A stretch of DNA of 64,000 bases from assembly GCA_043228905.1 (NCBI GenBank), contig JBHGNT010000017.1:10354001-10418000 (forward strand), written 5' to 3'. Positions 48,749 through 62,278 of this stretch are shown here, one piece after another. Each line of letters opens with the position of its first letter. Positions within the stretch are counted from its first letter, which is position 1. The notes beneath the pieces were generated by a model. That model did not search any database and was not told the origin of the DNA. It saw nothing but the letters and a program-made list of their open reading frames with translations. This DNA is from Azolla caroliniana. Lineage: Eukaryota > Plantae > Polypodiophyta. The translations under genes and the position numbers were made by a program.

Positions 48749-50470
48749 AATTAATCGAGCTTAGCACATGGGCGGGTAGTCTTGACGTGACGACGAAGCA
48801 ACCATACTTGGTCACCAACCTTGAAAGGAGACTTAAGACGATGTTGATCGACATTGGTCTTATGGTGTGCTTGCGATTTTTGAAGATGTGAAGATAAATC
48901 AAACTGGATTTGTTGTAGTCGGTGGAGGTGATGCGCCACACTAGGGTTTTGTGACACCTCAAGGAGATCCAGGATACACCATCGAAGGTGGTTGCTAGTG
49001 TAGGCAAAGAAAGATGTAACTTTGGTAGAAGAGTGTACCGTGTTGTTGTAGGCAAACTCGGCAAGATGTAAAATATTGCTCCAATTGTCTTGTTGATAAC
49101 TGATGAAACATCAAAGATATTGCTCTAGTGTTTGATTTGTGCACTCTGTTTGTCCGTCAGTTTGTGGATGATATGCGAAGAGAGTTTGTAGGAGATTTTG
49201 AGGCCTGCCTATACGTGGTAAGTCCAAAAGTGTGAGATAAATTAAGGACCTCGATCACTAATAATATCATTTGGGAGACCATGATGGCGAAACACCTGAC
49301 CCATAATGAGATCTGTAGTTTCTTCACTACTAATGGTCTTTACACGGTACAAAACGTGCCATCTTTGTGAACCGATCCACTAATGTTAAAATACTATCAA
49401 AGCCTTTGGAAGGTGGCAGATCCGTAATGAAATCCATAGAATAGACTGCCATGTCTTGCTGGGAGGTGGTAATGGTTGTAGTAAGCCATAAGGATGATGC
49501 TTGGGTATTTTGGCACGATAACATGTGTCACATGTGCGAACGTAATCTTCGACAAATTTTTGCATGTGAGGCCACCAAAATGAATGTTTCACGAGCTCAA
49601 CGGTCTTGGCAATACCAAAATGTCCAGCCATGGGGGCATCATGACAATGTTCTAACACTTGAAGTCGGGGTGATCTGTTAGGGACGTAAAGGAGATTCTT
49701 GTAGAAGAGTAAGCCATCTTGTGACTTGAAGTCCTGATAATTGTGAGATGACCCTTGCAATGTGGAGCAAGTTGGACGGCTTGAACCAATGTGGGCTAAG
49801 ACATCCTTAACGAAATCATTAGAGTGAAGTTGTTGCCGAATAGTGTCAAGAACGCTAGAACCAAGTGGCGTGGCATAAATTATTGTTGTTTGTATCTTTG
49901 ATGACCCGAGGAGAATCTGCTTTTGATTGTCAAAGGCCGAACCTCTAGGTCGAAGAGCTAGATACGAACGCCGAGACAAAGCATCTGCTTTCCCTTGTTG
50001 TTTTCGGGGGTGAAAAATGATCTTGAAATCGAAACGCGTTAGAAATTGGGCCCACCGAGCTTGTCATCTATTTAATGCTCGAGCTGTTTGAAAATATGTG
50101 AGATTTTTATGATCACTATCAATGATAATCTGATGAGGCGATCCTTCTAGAAAATGACGCCATTGATGGAATGAGTTGACCACAACTAGTAACTCCTTGT
50201 CATGCACCTCACAGTTTATCTCCGAAACAATAAATTTTCTCGAGTGAAACGCGACTGGATGAGTCTGCCCATCCTTGCTTGGTTGCGATAGGATACTCCC
50301 CAATGCAAAGTCTAATGCATCCGCCTCAATGGTAAATGGCTTTTCGGGATCAATATGCGCTAGGATAAGTGTTGATGTGAATGCCTCTTTCAGCTGAGTA
50401 AAAGCCTTGTTCGCTTCAATACTCCAAAAAAATGCTTGATTTTTCTTTGTGAGCTGGGTGAGGGGCAATT
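48749..50470 (-). pseudogene. pol: Tcn1-like chromovirus RH-integrase fragment
   Basis: [84 protein letters not shown]. Confidence 0.88.
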
Positions 50471-50476
50471 CACAAT

Positions 50477-50994
50477 TCATTGTAGCTCCCCTACCGCCAT
50501 TTCACGTCGGGTTCACCAATAGATGTCACGGAAATCGGCTGGTTGCGGGTCGGCTGTGGCGGGACTCTTAGAACCAAGAATAAAAGATAGAGTGATGGAA
50601 GAAGTATATAAGGGAACACGAGAAGAAAGGAATGAAATGCTAAGAGAAGAATGGGTGTATTAAGATAGAGAAAGAAAGAGAATGGATACAAGATATGTAA
50701 TGAGAGCTAAAGATTGGTGTTGATTCGAATTGATTTGACAATACATGTATGCCCTTATTTATAGGTTCCTATAAAATAGCTTAGAGATTTCTATAATGTT
50801 CTAGAATGTTCTAGGACATTCTAGAACATTCTAGAATGATCTAAAGTTTTTACAATAATCAATCTAATACAAAAAGCAACTTTTATCCTCTCATATGACA
50901 ATAAGCTATCTTAATGGTTGAGGTTTTCAATTATGGATTATAAGGTTCGAGGTTCAAGTGTGGGTGATGCCATAATGGTCATGTGTCCATGACA
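50477..50994 (-). mobile_element. Second LTR H (50524-50994) with Trp PBS and short leader
   Basis: Close copy of 47134-47650. Confidence 0.88.
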
Positions 50995-52033
50995 GGGACC
51001 AATGAGTCTAAGAATAAGCAGCTACTAAGCTTGCGGTGACCTATCCGGCTAGGTCTCTAGAGTCTGTTATTGAGCACACGGGCTCGTAGGACCATTTCCA
51101 ATTTGGCCTTGTCATCGAATTCTGGAAGATGAGCTCATGGGCTGACAAGCTCAAGTAGGTATGCGCTGAACAGAGGCGGGAAGAGACAACACCTTCCCGG
51201 ATGAGAAGACAAAGAGAGGATTGTGAACGCAACCGGATAGACCATAACAAACTTATGTACACACAACACACTAGACACAACAATACCAAGTAATCGATTA
51301 AATACTGTGAAAGAATACAAGGTCAGCTTCGGGCCGAGAAACAGACATTTGAGCTTAGGAAACACTCCGAATGGTGAGTCTCTTGTCGGGAGCACACGGG
51401 GGCTTCCTTCGCGAGCAGAGGCCTCCCACCCACTAACCGATTGAGCAAAACAAGAAACTTGCACTACTCCAGAACCCGATCTAGCAACACCTTCCCCTCG
51501 TAAATGAAGATCGCCTCACACCAACAGATTACCTCCTTTTTATATTACCCAAGGAGAGGGAGGGGTGACGTTACATCAGGCTGTTATGACAACCGTTTCT
51601 GTCAGAGATTCTCCCACGAGTAGGATCATAAAAGTATCTATTAAATATTCTACCTTGTACTTATTTATACTTCAATATTTACATTTGTTTGTACAATAGA
51701 CCAAGTTCATGCGCATACATGCACTCCATGTGTTCATACACACCCAGAGGACCATTCCCCTAGTGCCCGGAGTCCTCCATGATAGTGTAGTGCATGTCGA
51801 TTTTGGATATGCCTATTTTGGCATTAAAGGCAACAAAGGAAAAAGCGGGCATGGGAAATGTTGAAGCATCCGATATGACAACGACTACTAGAGATCCCAA
51901 AAGAAGAGTGCTAGGAAGAGATCCCTCCAAGAGCCGAACTAGAAACAACTGTATCAATGGTAAAGCCAATCGTAGGGAATGCCATAGCACCATAGGTAGA
52001 AGAGGGCTTATCAATTGCACACTTTCAATTACA

Positions 52034-52937
52034 ATTGCAAAATTATGAAGCGCAACCTCAATTGGCAATAGCCAAAATGAAGCAGCTCAAACAGGAGTAG
52101 GCGGCACAAACAAAAGCCTAAGTAATATAGAAAGAATAAAGGCCATTGTGGAATGACATAGGAGTCGACTAGAGAAGAGAGTAGAAGACAGTTCAACGAG
52201 TATATGGTGGGAGTGCTCAGTGCCGATTACAAAAGTCGAAAAAAGTCAGGAAAAGGATTTTACTAAATGGATGAGTACAACATTAATGGGATTAGAGAAG
52301 ATTTAAGAGAAGATTTGTATTCACTAGCTCAAATCCATTCTACAGAGATACGAAAAATGCTTGAGGAATATGAGGATGATCAAATGCAATTCATGATGGA
52401 TCTCAAAGCATATGAGAAGGAACAGACACAACCAACCAGTGAACAATTGGAAAAAGCCCAAACCGAATGTGTGATGATTAGTGACGCCGATGAGGAAGAG
52501 CCGATTGCAAAGCAAACTGAAGAAAAACCATCTAAACCAGGATCGGATAATCGGGAGCAGCCCATTGTTGTTGAAGAAGAACAACCGGAGACGATAGCGT
52601 CGATCCAAGACGTAGAGGAAAAGTAGCCGATAAAGGAATCTGAAGGAGAAAATGTTGCGGAAGAGCCATTACAACTTGAAGTAGAAGATGAGCCAAGGAC
52701 GAATGTCCGAAGGGACGAGTTGGTTCCCCAAGAGCTGAGCATTTTGAGTATATTTGGAGGATTGTTGAAGGCCACAGGGGGTTTGGTCTTGTAGAGCACT
52801 GTCCCACGGGTGTTCCATGTGTTACCCATAGGTAGTGATAGTCCAAATGTTGGCCGGTTAGAGTTCAGAGTGTGAAAGGGGTATTTAATTAGGGATAGGG
52901 AGTTATAATTAATAAGTATTATGTTATTTTGAGAAGC
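52034..52937 (+). mobile_element. Athila/Tat-like 3' fragment: end of extra ORF plus start of an LTR (52848-52937)
   Basis: Homologous to 35600-36450 and 56000-56810; tgttggccggttagag LTR start. Confidence 0.7.
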
Positions 52938-54088
52938 TTCAAAATGACAACAACTCCTAGCCAAGCATACGCTTGGATGGAAAGAGGGCAGTACCTCGCA
53001 ACAAAGGAAAGAACCAAGGAAAGAACCCCTTAGCCAGAAGAGGCAAGCAGAGACTGAGACATTGGTGGAGCCACAAGTAAGGCCCCTTTAAATCTAGTTG
53101 CGCCGACAGGAACAAGAGTCGGACCCCTTGTCAACGAAGATCAATATCAGAACCCAAGAGGAGGAGACAGAGGAAGACCCCGTCGATGACCTCCTACATC
53201 GCCAGAAGCGTAGCGACGCGGAACGGAAGGGGGAGGAATCAAGTCCGGTGAAGGACATCGCACCGTCACCCCGTTCCGAGGGACCAGATCCAAGGAAGGA
53301 GGCGGAACCGTTTCAACCAGAACCGATGAAAGAGTTATCTGTGCGGCAAGAAGCAACAGTGTCGGTGGTCCAAGAACCAGTAATCGAATTACCTACCTCA
53401 CCGGGGCACCAGGCACAGCAAGAGTAGAAGTTGTCGCTACAGTCAACAATCCAAAAAGGGCTTCCGGCGAGAACAAAGGCCATGCCCCAACCAAAACCGG
53501 CACGACAAAAAGGCTACGGTGGATCGGCGAGCAGGTGGTCGGGGTTGTTTGCCAAATAGAAATGGAGGAGAAAGCACAGGGGAACTAGTTGTTCACCACA
53601 ACCGAAGAACTTGAGAAGGCCCGGTCAAGGATCCGGAGCATGGAAGAAGAAATTGCGTAGGCCAAAGCAGAGGTGGTTAAGCAGATCATAGAAGGACAAA
53701 GACTACTAGAACCGGTGGCTCCGGTGAATGAACAGACCAATAAGATGCTAGTAACTGAAATAGCACCGGATGCAAATAAGGCACAAGAACAAGAAATCGC
53801 CACTCTCAGAGAGGAATTGGTAGCGCAAGAGGCCTTAAGGGCTAGAAAATGAGGCCAGAAAAAGGCGGCAGCGGAGGACCAATGGAAAACGGTAGAGAAC
53901 CTCCGAAGAGCCGAGGAAAATCTATGGAAGGGTCATCAAGCATATGACCGATTGAAGGAAGAAAAAGAAAAGTTGTTGCAACAAAAGGACAAACTCCGGC
54001 GTTCAGCGGAAGTCCAGATCGAGCGACTCCAAGAAGAACTCCGGCAACAGAAGGACCTTGAGGACCGGGCCCGATGCCAAGTCAATCA

Positions 54089-54827
54089 TGACATGAACTA
54101 CACGCTCCGATGAACAACACTCGGCCACAACCGAGTCTAAAATCAAACACAGAAAACGGATAATGAACGCACGACACAAAGGAGAGAAGAGTACACAGGA
54201 TGTTTAACGTGGAAAACCCTGAGAGGGAAAAACCACGGGAGTTCACAGACTCCAAACTATCACTATATCACAATGATTACAATCAGTAAGCTCACGGAGG
54301 CAACGACCTCGTGCTCACGATCTTCGCCACAGGCGGCAGTTACAACAGAGGCAACGACCTCTTCCTCTCTCTCTCTCTCTCTGTGTACACTGTTATGCGC
54401 TCTCTGATCTAGCGCCAACAAGAATGACAACACCTCTCTAAGTTTGCCCTAAGACATATTTATACTAATATGAATTTTCGGCTATTTACAAATATAGCCT
54501 CGATGGACTCTCTGAAAACATATTTACGAATATGTCCCTCCATCCGGTGAGCACTCCTCACCAGGCCTGCATCACCCGGCGCTTGCCGGGTACTCCTCAT
54601 CCGGTTTTCACTGGGTCTTCCGTAGCCGGGTACTCGTCATCCGGTTCTCACCGGGTCTTCATCATCCAGCTCTTGCCAGGTACTCGTCATCCGGTTCTCA
54701 CCGGGTCTTCATCATCCAGCTCTTGTCGGGTACTCGTCATCCGGTTCTCACCAGGTCTTCCGTAGCCGGGTACTCCTCATCCGGTTCTCACCGGGTCATC
54801 CCATCCGGAGGGACCTGTTTCCTAACA
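54089..54827 (-). mobile_element. Solo LTR, copia family A
   Basis: TG...CA termini, perfect TSD aatca (54084-54088 / 54828-54832). Confidence 0.95.
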
Positions 54828-54850
54828 AATCAGCAGCTGAAACAGAAAAC

Positions 54851-55601
54851 TGACGGGAACTCAACGCTCCCTTTGCGCAACGCTCGGCCACAACCGAGCT
54901 TAGGATCATACACAGAAAACGGGAAACAAATGCATGACACAAAGGAGAGAAAAGGTAGACAGGATGTTTACGTGGAAAATCCAAACTAAGGGAAAAACCA
55001 CGGCACCCCACAGGCTGCAAACTATCACTATATTGGAATGTACAACACAGTGAGTTCACGGAGGGAACGACCTCGTGCTCACGATCTTCGCCACAGGCGG
55101 CGGTTACAACAGAGGCAGCGACCTCTTTCTCTCTCTCTCTCTCTGTACACTGTTACGTGTTCACTCTTCTTCTACGCCAACAAGAATGATAACCACAACT
55201 ACACATGTTTGCCCTAAGTCATATTTATACTAATATGACTTTTCGGCTATTTACAAATATAGCCTCAATGGGCTCTCAGAAACATATTTACGAATATGTC
55301 TCTTCCTCCGGTTCTCACCGGGTCTGCGTCATCCGGCTCTCCGTAGCCGGGTGCTCCTCATCCAGTTCTCACCGGGCCTACACCATCCGGCTCTCCGTAG
55401 CCGGGTACTCCTCATCCGGTTCTCACCGGGCCTGCACCATCCGGCTCTCCGTAGCCGGGTACTCCTCATTCGGTTCTCACCGGGCCTGCACCATCCGGCT
55501 CTCCGTAGCCGGGTATTCCTCATTCGGTTTCTGCCTCGGCCGAGATTGTTCATTGGCACTGTTCTTCTCCCTTCCCATCCGGAGGGACCTGTCTCCCAAC
55601 A
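54851..55601 (-). mobile_element. Solo LTR, copia family A
   Basis: TG...CA termini, perfect TSD aaaac (54846-54850 / 55602-55606). Confidence 0.95.
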
Positions 55602-57151
55602 AAAACTGAGGATTTTGATAGGTTGCCCCGCAGGATCACAAGCACCTAGAGGCGGAACACAAGAAATTGATGGCAAAAGGTGACCGGCAGCAAGAGAAGA
55701 GACGGGAACTTCGTGATGAAGTCAACTGGATGGCCGCGGCATTGGCAGAAGAAAGGACCAAGGGAGTCGAAGCGGCAAAGATGCTGGCAAAAGCGGCGAA
55801 GGACAAAATGGAGCTTAACCGGTAGCATCATGAGGAGATGGAACGAGCAAAGATGGCAGCGGACAAAGTTTAGACAACTTATCAGACGCAACTGATGCAG
55901 TATTAGGGACAAGCCGAGGCAACCACGATCCTCATAAAGCAATTAAAGGATGAAAAGCAGGCCGCAGAGGATAAGTCAAAGATGGAACTTGGCCGTATTC
56001 GAGACATTGTATTGACATGGAGGGACCGGACAAAGAGGTTAGTTGAAGAAAGTTTAGTACAGTGGTGGTCCAATTGGGCAAAGCTGGCAGCCGAGTTACA
56101 GGTCCTACGAGGAGATGCGGAGAATCGGCAGAAGGATGACGATAACTTCTACAAACTGGACACGGAAAGCATTGTGACCATAATGGAGGAGTTATCAGAG
56201 GACTTCCTGTCCTTGGCCAGAGAAGAACTGGTGGCGGTGGGCTGATTGGCGGGACAACTGGATGATGACCAGCTGGATACCCAACTCTAGTTCGAGCAAT
56301 ACGAACGGGAGTGGAGACAACAAATGGCGGCTAGAAGAATGGCGGCAATTAACATTAGTGAAGAAGAACAATCTCAAGAGCAGATGCCGAACGCAGCCGA
56401 AACCGAGGGAGCCAACCAATGTAGCTCAAGTGGAGCAGCTCAAGGTAGCCAACCTACAAGAGCCAATGCAAGCCGAACGACAAGAGCAGGAGGAGCCCAG
56501 AATAGATGAGCTAGAGACGGAAGCCCAAAAGGGACTAGAGCCGGAAAGGAGGAACAGGCCAGAGAGCAACAACAACAACAACTACCACAACAAATGGAGC
56601 AACTACCCGAAGAACCTCTAGAACCCTTGGACCAAAGCATTCTGGACATTTTGATGGACAATTGAAAAGGGCTAACCGTGGGTTCGACGTACAATGTATT
56701 GTCCCATGGGCGTGCCATGTGTTGGCCGGTTAGAGTCTAGAGTGGGAAAAGAGTATTTAATTAGGGATAGGGAGTTATAATTAATAAGTATTATGTTATT
56801 TTGAGAAGCGGACGCACGGATCCAAAATCGGTATGCCGATTCAGATCCGCACCGGATCGTTGCCAGTTGCCGGTTGGCACCGATTTGTAACTCAGCCAGA
56901 CACCTATAAAAGGACCCGGCAAGAATGTAATCAGGGACGGATAATGAATAGAAGCGCTGCTGTTTTACGTATTGTTTAGTGTCTATTTGGTTACCATCCT
57001 GTGCTTAATATAATTAATCTTACCCGTGTGTTACGATCATTAACAGACCCATTTGATACCACGGTCCATCCATATCTCACCGTACCACCCTTTGGTGAAG
57101 TGTTCCATAGGGACACCCTGTGTTAGGACTTGTCTAGCCTAAAGGATAACA

Positions 57152-57556
57152 CCAAACGGCTAAAAACCAAATAAGTCAAAGAGTCAAAGGCCGCGAAAGT
57201 GTCAAAGCCGAAGCCGAAATATTATTAGGATTGTCGATTATTATGTAGCCGGATATTATTAGTTATGAAATGATGTAATAGAATTTAGTTATGAATAGCC
57301 ATAACTTTTGACTTTAGGAGATCTGATCCGAAAGGATGTGCCAATCCGGCAATGTAACCATACATGCTTAACCTATAAAAAGGGGGCTCGAGCTTTGTAT
57401 TAGAGGCAACTGTATATTGTGTATAAGTTTTAATATAGAGAGATTTTGAGTATACAATGCCATTGTGTGAAGTGCTATATCTATGTGAATTGTGATCAAG
57501 TTTCTTAATTGTTGTACTAAGTGTTAGCGGATTCGGTGGTGTATCGAATTCGAATA
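57152..57556 (+). repeat. Partial LTR of an unassigned family
   Basis: cctataaaaaggggg TATA context near 57372 followed by an R/U5-like T-rich tract; termini uncertain. Confidence 0.45.
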
Positions 57557-57610
57557 TTGTTAGTGTGTATTAGCCGATATGGCTAGTTGTTTTAATTGCG
57601 GTCTGTTTAT

Positions 57611-57783
57611 TGACATCCTTCCAATCACAATAATTGGAAAAGGGTACTCAGTGATTGAGTATCTGAGAGAGAGAGAGAGAGAGAGAGAGAGTAGGAACCG
57701 AATCACTATAAGGGGAGGAGTACAACAAGATGATTCAAGGCAATGACCTTGACCTCTTCTTCGTCGACTAACAACTACAGAGT

Positions 57784-57822
<39 letters not shown>

Positions 57823-59064
57823 ACACACACACTTAGTTACAGAGGCAACGACCACGTCAGTAACTATAGAACTATATTCAGCTAATGATTCACACATTCA
57901 TAAAGTTTTCCCTAGTTGTATTTATACTAATACAACTTTCTGGGCTATTTACAAATATAGTCTCCCGAATCGGCTATTAAATTGATTTATCAATTTCCGA
58001 TTATTCGATTTTCGACCTCGGCCGAATTTCCTGTCAACTCTCTATTCGATTTGGCTCATACTCTTCCCATCCCGAGGGCCTTGTTTCCCAACAAACTCCC
58101 CCTTCACTCCATGATGGGGTATTTCTCCAATCCGACTCTTAATTGGCACACATTCAACCTCTCTACAGACATCACCTTCGTCAGCATGTCTGACCCGTTG
58201 TCGTTCATGTGGATCTTTACTAGAGCAATCTCCTTTTCTTCTACTCAATTTCGGAGCCAATGGTATCTTCTTTGGATGTCCTTAGTCCTCGAGTGATAGG
58301 CTGCATTGTCCGCAAGGTGGATGACACTCTGGTTATCACAGTGGAGTCGGAATTTGTCTTGCCGAATCCTCAACTCTCCAACGAACTCCTTCATCCATAT
58401 ACTCGGCTTCCGTGGTCGACAACACCACGGCCTTATGCAACCTCGACTGCCATGAACAACTCCTCTTGCATAAGTCATCATGTATCTGGACGTGGATCTG
58501 TTGTATCTGCATCAGCCTACATGTTTGAATCGGTATAACCTTCTTGTGTGGGGTTACCTGAGCCAAGTCAAAGACACACTCAAGGTGCCTCTCAGGTATC
58601 GAAGTATCCATTTGACTGCCATCCAATGTTCTTTGTTGGGATTTCTCCTAAATCGGATGATGATTCCGATTGCATAACCAATGTTTGGCATAGTGCAAAC
58701 CATTGCATACATTAGACTTCTGACTATTGAGGCATAGGGGACCTTCATCATCTCAACTTTTTCTGTGTTTGCTTTTGGACATTGGTTTTTGCTCAGTTTA
58801 GCTTGCAATTTGTCGGTACTGTTGAGTCGAGTAGTTTCGAATTATACATGTTGAATCTCTAGAGCACCTTTGTTATGTATTTCTCTTGTGATAGCCATAA
58901 CAACTTCTTTGTTTGATCACGAACAATGTGCATTCCTAGGATTTGCTTTGCCAGACTCATATCCTTCATTGTGAACGACCTGCTCAAGGCCTTCTTCAAA
59001 CTTCCGATTTTCCTCGGGTCCTATCCGACAATCAGCATGTCATCAACATACAATAGGAGGAGGA
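57611..59064 (-). mobile_element. Ty1/copia 3' fragment: RT C-half, RNase H, PPT, 3' LTR 57611-58093 (family A relative)
   Basis: LLLYVDDMLI, MKDM..AKQILGM, VPYAS.V.SLMYAMVCT.P, LSTTEAEY, LHCDNQS..H.RTK.I; PPT aagggggag. Confidence 0.9.
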
Positions 59065-62000
59065 TGTTGTCCACCAAAATTGTAACCGCCAGACATGGCA
59101 CACAAAAAATATAAAATATATTAGAAGCGTTCGGAAATGTATGTAACGGTTCACGCAAGGAGCGTGACTGACTAAAAGCCCTGTGTATATAAAGGGCAGA
59201 AATCCTCTGTAAGAGGTGTGTGTAATTTTTGGGAGTGAAGCTTTTGTAATAGAATCCTATCTTCTCTGATCTCCTTGTCTGTCTGTGTAAGTAGTCTACT
59301 ATCTTGGCGCTGCATGTTGGTTCGTAACTGTGAGTTGTAAACGTAGGAAAACTGTGTTCTCCCCTTCACACCCAGACGATACGTTTGCTTAGTATCCTAT
59401 TATGACTCACACCCAACACAGACCTATTCCTTGTAAACACAATCACCTTGAAGTCTACCTCGAAGGACTGAGCGTAGACAGTGTTCCTAATCAGTAACAC
59501 TTTTGGCACGCCTGGTGATCTGTGATTCCTCGTAGACGATCAACAAGGAATGGATGTCTAGCTATAGAAGACCTAGAGAACCAACCCGACAAGACCGACC
59601 ATTGACGAGGTCTATCACACGCCAGACAGAAGAGCACGCTAAGTGAAAACCTCGTCTCAAAGACCACGATGTTTCCTTTCAAGAGTTCAAGATCGACCCC
59701 ACACTCACCGAACACCGCGACGTCAAGCAGGAAGCCCTGTCACCACACAAAAACCGTGGTATTCCCCTGCCGAAAGTCACCATAGCATCCGGAATGGCTT
59801 TCTTCTATCCATGCTTCAACGGCGAAATACACGTTGCAAGCCACATCCGGCTGTTCCTGAATGTTTGGAATGCTAATCATATGGCGCAACAGTTTCCAGT
59901 ATTAGAAACACATGAATCGAAGATCACAGAGTTCGGGTTAACTCTGGATGGTAGAGTGGTGTGTTGGCATTCTCAGATGGACCTGGAAGCAATGACAACC
60001 TTCGATCAACTGCAATCAACATTTTTGTGGTTTTTTCATCGGAGGGTACCGCAACGTGAGATCATCAGGCAATTCTACACCATTAAGCAATTGCTAACAG
60101 AATCCATAGCGGATTTCAGCCTATGTCTCCAAAGCCTATGACGGCAACTTACACGAGCCCCGATAGACGAAGAGGCTAAAGAGACGTTTTTGGCAGCTTT
60201 ACGACGACCTATCCGGACGACGCTTAACACGCATAGTATGAAAGGGGAAACAGGGGATATGGTTATCGAGTGAGCATTACAGTTTGAATTAGAGGAGGAA
60301 GATGAGGGCCTTTCCATGTCATCGTTACAACAGGCATTGCCTCAGGACGAGGAACATCGATTCCGCCAGGCTATACAGTGCACAATCTGTTTAAATTAAG
60401 GGCATTCCACGGTAGAGTGGAATATGAGAATTCATTGTCCGATATATCACTCAAGGGCACACATGGTGGAGCAATGCGAATACAACATGCTTAACAAACC
60501 TACACTCGTTGTGCAACACATAGAACCGCAACGGCAACCTCGCCGGAATGATCAAGGACGACAAGAGGAATGGTTCAGATATGCAGAACGGAATCAACGC
60601 GAAGAGCGTCAGTACCGTAATTGTCGTAACAGCAACCTCTATTCCGACGAGGAAGAACAAGAGGACGAAGACTATCGGAATACCAACCGATATAATAAAG
60701 GAGGGTGTCGTTATGGCAACCGACGTTCATTCACTAATCGCAGAGGATTCAATGGACCGCGACCAAATGCACACAATAGACAATATAGGGACCAACGTCG
60801 CTATGACGAGAGTTCAGAAGATGAGTTGCCTTAGGAGCCACACCGGGAACACCGATAGCTACCGCGACATAACAGGAGACTTCAGCAAAATCGGGAAGAG
60901 CAAGCCATACCTGCGGAGGTGGTCATGGCAACACCGCTAGTAGGAGAGAGAGGCGAAACCAGTGTCAATTGTTTCGTATGCCAGCAACCCGAACATTACG
61001 CAACGCAGTGTCCACATCACAAAGGCAAGGAACCCGCTGTAAATACAATCATGGTGGAAGTCAAACAGGTCACAACACGGCAACAAGCAAATAACGCGGA
61101 TTAGGCTGTGCATGATGAGATACGCAAAGCTGCCCAAGTGTGGGTAGAAAAAGCAAATGCGGCAAATACGGAGCGTATGAGGCAGGAGTCCGCAAACAAC
61201 AGTTTGCCGATGGAGGAGAACACATTATCACCGGATCCTATATGGAAAACACTGGCAGACTGTGAAATAACAATGACCATGGAGAAGCTCCTCCAACTGG
61301 TTCCACGATTCCGGTAGGTCGTTGAGAATCGCATCAAGGGTACACCCAGATTAGATGTCTCAGCAAATTTTGCGGAGACTAGTGTAGGTCCATTAGTAGT
61401 GGATCACCATAATCCAGCCATTCAATTGGTACTACAAGGACAGGAAATCTCCGAATGTATAGTAGATGTAGGATCCAACGTCAATGTCATTAGTACAAAG
61501 ACGTGTGCATGATTGGGAATTTAATATTGGGAAGCCTGCCCTTTCTTGCTCCGCATGGCAGACACCCATTTTGTCAGACCCTTAGGGTTGATCCGAAAGT
61601 TAGGCATTATCATTGGCAGCCATCGTTTCGACATCTCTGTAGTGGTACTCGCACTGGATGCTCGAGAGCGTACCTAGTATTGCTCGGCAGACCGTGGCTA
61701 CATTCTGGCGAATGTCAAACAAAATTGGCAGCATAACTGTATTAGTTTCAGACAGGGACGCAGCAAAGTTCGTGTACCCACTCAGGAAATGGCTGCACAA
61801 TCGAAGGGGATAACGCCATTATATTCAGAAGACATAAATATCCTAGAGGGAGTAGACGATACAAAGCTGGAAGCATATCTTGATGATCACCCGCGGATCG
61901 TTCCATTGTTCGAAATTGACATAATAGAAACTATTGCGGATTACGCCCCTACTAATACACTTCTGGAAGAGGCATACGAACCGGACCCAGAATCAATAAT

Positions 62001-62278
62001 AGAGTTAAGTAGAGCAGTTGCAGCGTTCGAGAGGGAAATGGAAATCTCATGGAGAGTAGTCTGCCTCGGCATTGAAAGGAGTCAATGTCGGAACGGCGGC
62101 AGACCCTCAACTACTTTCGATTGCAAAAGACTTACTTCCAAGTCATAAGGCGACGATGTTGGAACTTCTCAAGGAATATAAGGATGTTTTTGCATGATCA
62201 CATGATGACATGAAGGGGTTGGACCCCAAGTTTTATGAGCACAAAATCAACTTATCTACCGACGCAAAACCTGTATAG
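59065..62278 (+). mobile_element. Athila/Tat-like element K, 5' part: LTR 59065-59499, PBS TGGCACGCC (59504, tRNA-Arg type), gag, PR, RT start
   Basis: Gag homologous to D (FLNVWNANH..KITEFGLTLDG), CFVCQQPEHYATQC, IVDVGSNVNVI, LLGRPWL, YKDVFA..DMKGLDP. Confidence 0.88.

Larger units (their letters stand above)
52938..57151 (+). mobile_element. Athila/Tat-like 3' fragment: extra coiled-coil ORF and 3' LTR 56720-57151 (family B relative)
   Basis: Paralog of the D extra ORF; gggcgtgccatg/TGTTGGCCGG...ggataaCA; split by two solo LTRs. Confidence 0.85.

Noticed and set aside
57665-57820. (GA)n and (CT)n tracts forming an inverted repeat
   Set aside because: Ordinary microsatellites within a family A-related LTR.
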